Origin: Paraphysomonas bandaiensis
Lineage: Eukaryota; Protista; Chrysophyceae
Reading direction: 5' to 3'
DNA length: 64,000 nucleotides
NCBI GenBank assembly: GCA_965644295.1
Contig: CBFFRP010000290.1
Span: 1 to 64,000 of the forward strand
The notes under the pieces are model-generated. The model did no database searches and was not told where the DNA came from. It saw only the letters and a program-made list of their open reading frames with translations. Positions within the stretch are counted from its first letter, which is position 1. Every line of letters starts with the position of its first letter. Shown here piece by piece: positions 61,908-64,000 of this stretch. The translations under genes were made by a program, and so were the position numbers.

Positions 61908-63905
61908 TTAGTCAATCTCCTCAATCTTAGGCCCGTCATCTCCTCCTCCAGACGGTGGTGCCCCTCCAGCGCCGCCAGGCATTCCTCCACCAGGGAACCC
62001 ACCAGGCATTCCTCCACCTGGCATACCGCCTGGCATACCTCCAGGCATACCACCCTCTCCGCCACCAGAGAGATTCTGAAGGATGGGGAGGACTACAGAT
62101 TCCAATGATTTCTGCTTGGCTTCATATTCTTCCTTCTCGGCGTTCTGGTTGTTATCCAGCCACTGTGTGGTTTCAGTAATGGCGGCCTCGACTTTCGCCT
62201 TGTCGTCTGCAGAAATCTTGTCGGCCATCTTCTCATCATTCATTGTGTTTCGCATCTGGTAAGCATAATTTTCGAGAGAATTCTTGGCCTCTATGCGTGC
62301 ACGATTAGCTTCGTCCTCTGCCTTATATCTTTCAGCCTCTTGCACTAAGCGCTCAATCTCCTCAGCGCTCATGCGACCTTTGTCGTTCTTGATAGTGATC
62401 TTCTGTTCCTTCCCTGTCGATTTCTCAGCAGCGGATACGTTTAAGATACCGTTAGCATCGATGTCAAAAGTAACATCAATCTGGGGAACACCACGAGGCA
62501 TGGGAGGGATTCCCTCAAGTTGAAACTTCCCAAGAATGTTGTTATCCTTGGTCATGGCACGCTCTCCCTCGAACACTTGGATGAGCACGCCGGGCTGGTT
62601 GTCAGCGTAAGTGGAAAACGTTTGGGACTTCTTGGCAGGAACAGTGGTGTTTCTTTTAATGAGTGCAGTCATGACACCACCAGCAGTCTCTATACCAAGA
62701 GAAAGAGGTGTTACGTCTAGGAGTAGAAGATCCTGGAGTTTCTCAGATTGGTCGGCGCCGGAGAGAATGGCGGCCTGCACAGTGGCACCGTATGCAACAG
62801 CCTCATCAGGATTAATAGACTTGTTCAGTTCCTTGCCATTGAAGAAATCACTGAGCATCTCCTGAATCTTAGGGATACGGGTGGACCCTCCAACCAACAC
62901 GATTTCATGTACCTGTGATTTTGATAGTTTGGAGTCCTTCAACACTTTCTCAACAGGGTCCATGCACTTACGGAAGTAGTCCATATTCATGTCCTCGAAT
63001 CTTGCACGAGTGATAACAGAGTTGAAATCTACACCTTCGAAGAGAGAATCGATCTCAATATGAGCCTGAGTGGATGAGGAGAGAGTACGCTTGGCACGTT
63101 CACAAGCAGTACGCAAACGACGCAGAGCACGTTGGTTGTCACCGATATCTTTGCGGAACTTGCGCTTGAACTCTTGCACGAAATATTCGACCATGCGATT
63201 ATCAAAGTCTTCCCCACCCAAGTGAGTGTCTCCTGCAGTGGCTTTGACCTCAAAGATACCCTCCTCAATAGTCAGAAGAGACACATCAAAAGTACCTCCA
63301 CCCAAATCAAAGATTAGAACATTCTTCTCAGTGCCTTTTTTATCCAGACCATACGCAATTGCAGCGGCGGTGGGTTCGTTGATAATACGCATCACATTTA
63401 GTCCTGAAATAACTCCAGCATCCTTGGTAGCTTGCCTTTGAGAATCATTGAAGTATGCCGGCACAGTAATAACAGCGTTCTTGACTTCACGTCCGAGGTA
63501 AGCTTCCGCAATTTCTTTCATCTTAACAAGAACCATGGATGATATTTCCTCCGCGGCAAATTGCTTTACTTCTCCCTTGAAAGTAACTTGGATAAGGGGT
63601 TTGTTGCTGGGCCCATCCATCACTTTAAAAGGCCAGTGCTTTAAGTCATTCTGAACCACAGAGTCACCGAATCTTCTGCCAATCAACCGCTTCGCATCAA
63701 ACACAGTGTTCGCAGCATTCATTGCCACTTGGTTCTTGGCTGCATCACCGATAAGCCTCTCAGTCTCATTGAAAGCGACATAAGAGGGGGTGGTTCTGTT
63801 GCCCTGGTCATTGGCAATGATCTCCACTCTATCATTCTGCCATACACCCACACAAGAATAAGTGGTACCGAGATCAATTCCAACTGAAGCTCCTTCTACT
63901 GCCAT
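61908..63905 (-). CDS. HSP70: Cytosolic heat shock protein 70
   Basis: [41 protein letters not shown] repeats, C-terminal EEID; intronless. Confidence 0.99.
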   Translation of the reverse strand: MAVEGASVGIDLGTTYSCVGVWQNDRVEIIANDQGNRTTPSYVAFNETERLIGDAAKNQVAMNAANTVFDAKRLIGRRFGDSVVQNDLKHWPFKVMDGPSNKPLIQVTFKGEVKQFAAEEISSMVLVKMKEIAEAYLGREVKNAVITVPAYFNDSQRQATKDAGVISGLNVMRIINEPTAAAIAYGLDKKGTEKNVLIFDLGGGTFDVSLLTIEEGIFEVKATAGDTHLGGEDFDNRMVEYFVQEFKRKFRKDIGDNQRALRRLRTACERAKRTLSSSTQAHIEIDSLFEGVDFNSVITRARFEDMNMDYFRKCMDPVEKVLKDSKLSKSQVHEIVLVGGSTRIPKIQEMLSDFFNGKELNKSINPDEAVAYGATVQAAILSGADQSEKLQDLLLLDVTPLSLGIETAGGVMTALIKRNTTVPAKKSQTFSTYADNQPGVLIQVFEGERAMTKDNNILGKFQLEGIPPMPRGVPQIDVTFDIDANGILNVSAAEKSTGKEQKITIKNDKGRMSAEEIERLVQEAERYKAEDEANRARIEAKNSLENYAYQMRNTMNDEKMADKISADDKAKVEAAITETTQWLDNNQNAEKEEYEAKQKSLESVVLPILQNLSGGGEGGMPGGMPGGMPGGGMPGGFPGGGMPGGAGGAPPSGGGDDGPKIEEID

Positions 63906-64000
63906 GTTTTAAAGGTGTTAAGTATATTTCGCTTGTAATGTCTTGTCGTTTACTGTAATAGTGATTGTTGTGATATTATGATACTGCGAGGAGATCATGG

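Noticed and set aside
62284-63441. Antisense ORFs over Hsp70 (and similar ones over the KH, Copia and ankyrin genes)
   Set aside because: Shadow frames caused by codon bias on the coding strand.

Overview
This is a compact eukaryotic genome segment with short GT-AG introns of about 45-70 nt. It is most likely a stramenopile/ochrophyte protist; this is an inference from the cytosolic Hsp70 N-terminus, diatom-type Copia motifs and CryptonS-type recombinase remnants. About 15 host genes are present: GT2-like glycosyltransferase, S9 dipeptidyl peptidase, multi-KH protein, PX protein, poly-PB1-like/ankyrin protein, probable glycosyltransferase, triple-PH protein, RPL9, Qc-SNARE, kinase-aminotransferase fusion, Cwc24/RNF113, bifunctional beta-oxidation enzyme, PPPDE peptidase, DUF296, BolA and Hsp70. 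Mobile DNA includes an intact Copia with identical TA...CA LTRs and a CATAG TSD, two other Copia remnants, and small TIR elements. The most notable structure is at 49.2-57.3 kb: a head-to-tail array of a non-autonomous Crypton-like (tyrosine recombinase) element. Its units are joined by att-like junctions (15-bp inverted repeats around a single CATACATA core), and it is inserted in a (CATA)n microsatellite within a divergent promoter. All alignments were done by eye and no database searches were run.
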